From the NCBI GenBank assembly GCA_014523515.1, contig JAATVJ010000419.1:1-7588 (forward strand): a DNA stretch of 7,588 nt. Direction: 5' to 3'. Numbering within the stretch: the first letter of the stretch is position 1; each line of letters opens with the position of its first letter. A program made the position numbers and the translations under genes. Below are positions 6,113 to 7,588 of the stretch, in pieces. This stretch comes from Nitrososphaerales archaeon TH1177. Its GTDB lineage: Archaea; Thermoproteota; Nitrososphaeria; Nitrososphaerales; Nitrososphaeraceae. Below the pieces are notes generated by a model. It saw nothing but the letters and a program-made list of their open reading frames with translations, had not been told where the DNA came from and did not search any database.

Positions 6113-6799
6113 TTTACTTTTTTTTTGATTCACCTTATTTTTTTACTTTTAAGAGTGAATTTAATTAGTAGAGAACTAATATCACAATGGGGCCAGTAGG
6201 ATGTGAAACAAATTTGACATAATTTTTAGACCCACACAACATATTATCTCAAGCGGGTTCGGTGGAAACCATGAGGAATTCCAAATGGGTTAATTAGTTT
6301 AATTGAATTTAATATTAATTATCTCTATTTGTAATTTCTCAATTTTTTAGATAATATTTAAAATATATCAAATATTTTTGAATACAGAAAAGTAAGTTAT
6401 ACGATTTCAATCCTTTGAACCAATTGATTATAAGAAAAATAACAGATAATCAATAGTCATATGCCAAAATATTATAAAAGTTAATTGATGGCTAAGATAA
6501 TGGAGATAATTTCCATATCTACCAAAATTATATAATAGTGATACTTCATATACAACTTTAATTTTCCAATATTTTTATAAAAATATACTTCTACATTTTA
6601 TATACTAAATCATGCCCAAGCAAATATGGACATTTTATTAAAAATAACAGGAATATCAGTTGAAAATTTACTGAAAGATTATTCCATGTGATGAGATAGA
6701 AATGGCAGATTTAGAGGCCGAACCAAACGCTTGCGTTGTTTCTGCACAATAAAAATATTTTTACTACTATTTTTAACTAATATTCTACTTGAAATTAAA

Positions 6800-7378
6800 C
6801 TATTCTTTAAAGAATATTGCCAAAGAACTTTCAGTTGTTATGGACTGACAATCTTTTTGAAGTGTTGATTTTACTAATGTTTCTAAAAAGGATTTTAAAA
6901 ATAAAGAACCTTTTTTCCCCAAGTCATGATGAATGCTAAACGAATAATTACTATTTTCTGTATCTTTTGAATAATCATATCGTCCATATCCGCAATGTTC
7001 TAAATACATTTTGATGAAATCTACAATATTTTTTGAATCAAAGTTTTTCCATTTAAATAGGATAAATTCTTTTGGAGCTTTTTGTCCTATTGTAGTAGCT
7101 AATTCTATTACTTTTTTATCATCTAACGAATCTAAAATATATTTAAAAGCGTCTTTGCTCATTGCAATAATTCCAAATCTTTCAGCATATCTTTGCCATT
7201 CTACATATTCACCAAATATTTGATTGGCCAATGTATTTAGACTAACTTTTTTTTCTTGAGCTTCCTCTCTTAATTCTTTAAGATAGTCTTCATCTATTCT
7301 AAAAGATATAGTAGATGATTTTTTATTCTTTTCAGGAATGATACTTTTTGTTATATCGTCTTTATATTTTATTTTCAT
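6800..7378 (-). CDS. Ribbon-helix-helix (CopG/Arc/MetJ-type) DNA-binding protein with a ~130-aa C-terminal domain of unknown function
   Basis: 192-codon ORF. Residues ~22-60 (7199-7315), STISFRIDEDYLKELREEAQEKKVSLNTLANQIFGEYV, fit the RHH pattern: a beta-strand with alternating hydrophobic residues, helix A, a turn, and helix B. I do not recognise the C-terminal part (..KEFILFKWKNFDSKNIVDFIKMYLEHCGYGRYDY..SFSIHHDLGKKGSLFLKSFLETL..). Confidence 0.8.
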   Translation of the reverse strand: MKIKYKDDITKSIIPEKNKKSSTISFRIDEDYLKELREEAQEKKVSLNTLANQIFGEYVEWQRYAERFGIIAMSKDAFKYILDSLDDKKVIELATTIGQKAPKEFILFKWKNFDSKNIVDFIKMYLEHCGYGRYDYSKDTENSNYSFSIHHDLGKKGSLFLKSFLETLVKSTLQKDCQSITTESSLAIFFKE

Positions 7379-7383
7379 TCTTT

Positions 7384-7397
7384 TGCAGATCGCTGCA
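7384..7397. promoter_or_regulatory. 14-bp palindrome TGCAG-ATCG-CTGCA in the divergent promoter region, candidate operator for the RHH protein
   Basis: It has 5-bp perfect arms and lies 6-19 nt upstream of the RHH gene start (7378). It is the only GC-rich element in the 66-nt divergent intergenic region. RHH repressors typically autoregulate through short inverted or direct repeats. Confidence 0.25.
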
Positions 7398-7444
7398 CTG
7401 TAAACGGCTTAGTTAAATAAAAAAATTGTTAAATAAATGATGAT

Positions 7445-7588
7445 ATGAGCAATAATATATCAGATTCTAATAATAAAAGGTTAAATCAAAATACTTCAAA
7501 AGAAACTTCATTTTCAATTTCAGCTGAAGAGCTAAAGTCAATACTAGATAGTAAACAACCTTTAATGGTATTTGATATAGGTGAAAAG
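7445..7588 (+). CDS. 5' end of a CDS (partial), possibly a rhodanese-like domain protein
   Basis: ATG at 7445 is open for 48 codons to the window edge: MSNNISDSNNKRLNQNTSKETSFSISAEELKSILDSKQPLMVFDIGEK. The segment ISAEELKSILDSKQPLMVFDIGE resembles the start of rhodanese domains (I.xeEL...L.....llDvRe). It was not in the ORF track, presumably because it is short. Confidence 0.4.
   Translation, partial: MSNNISDSNNKRLNQNTSKETSFSISAEELKSILDSKQPLMVFDIGEK

Noticed and set aside
6250-6285. GGGTTCGGTGGAAACC resembling a tRNA T-arm, a possible integrase att/tRNA remnant
   Set aside because: The stem halves do not pair (a 4-bp GGTT/AACC at best). There is no acceptor stem, anticodon arm or GTTCRANYC-type loop on either strand.
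6688-6745. Possible C/D-box sRNA: GTGATGA (6688-6694) fits a C box, and the overall ~58-nt length fits archaeal sRNAs
   Set aside because: The would-be D box reads CTGC rather than CTGA. No convincing C' or D' boxes or terminal stem are present. It is kept only as part of the GC-island observation.
7011-7223. 70-aa plus-strand ORF
   Set aside because: It is antisense within the RHH-protein gene and has an uninformative, hydrophobic composition.
1-7588. Search for a tnpA (Y1 transposase) partner, CRISPR repeats, rRNA and tRNA genes
   Set aside because: No ORF carries the HUH / Y1 motifs. No regularly spaced direct repeats occur. No segment has rRNA or tRNA character. The IS is therefore called non-autonomous, and no CRISPR or RNA genes are reported.

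Overview
This is a strongly AT-rich window. None of the genes has a Shine-Dalgarno motif upstream, oligo-T tracts follow stop codons directly, and A/T boxes lie about 25 nt before start codons. That fits a low-GC archaeon, possibly an ammonia-oxidising thaumarchaeon, but this is inference only. Left to right: (1) a possible short 3' end of a CDS at the window edge; (2) an 861-aa secreted fusion protein with a parallel beta-helix (CASH/NosD/AlgG-like, GIDPH motif) joined to a PQQ-type glucose/sorbosone-dehydrogenase-like beta-propeller; (3) a 200-aa secreted helical protein with an acidic Tyr-rich C-terminal tandem repeat, minus strand; (4) a decayed tyrosine-recombinase (integrase) gene on the minus strand, split by (5) a 1210-bp tnpB-only IS200/IS605-family element at 4831-6040; (6) a 687-nt non-coding stretch with a few GC-rich islands; (7) a 192-aa ribbon-helix-helix (RHH) protein, minus strand; (8) the 5' end of a possibly rhodanese-like CDS. 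The best-supported result is the IS element. Its ends can be placed to the nucleotide, because removing 4831-6040 in silico restores the integrase reading frame. Both ends carry hairpins of identical architecture, and the TnpB catalytic residues are intact. The target/TAM (TTGAC) and the omega-RNA guide can therefore be predicted. I found no CRISPR array, tRNA or rRNA gene, tnpA, or multi-gene defence-like operon. Nothing here supports a wholly new system; the candidates worth follow-up are the TnpB element, the RHH-fusion protein and the sugar-enzyme fusion.
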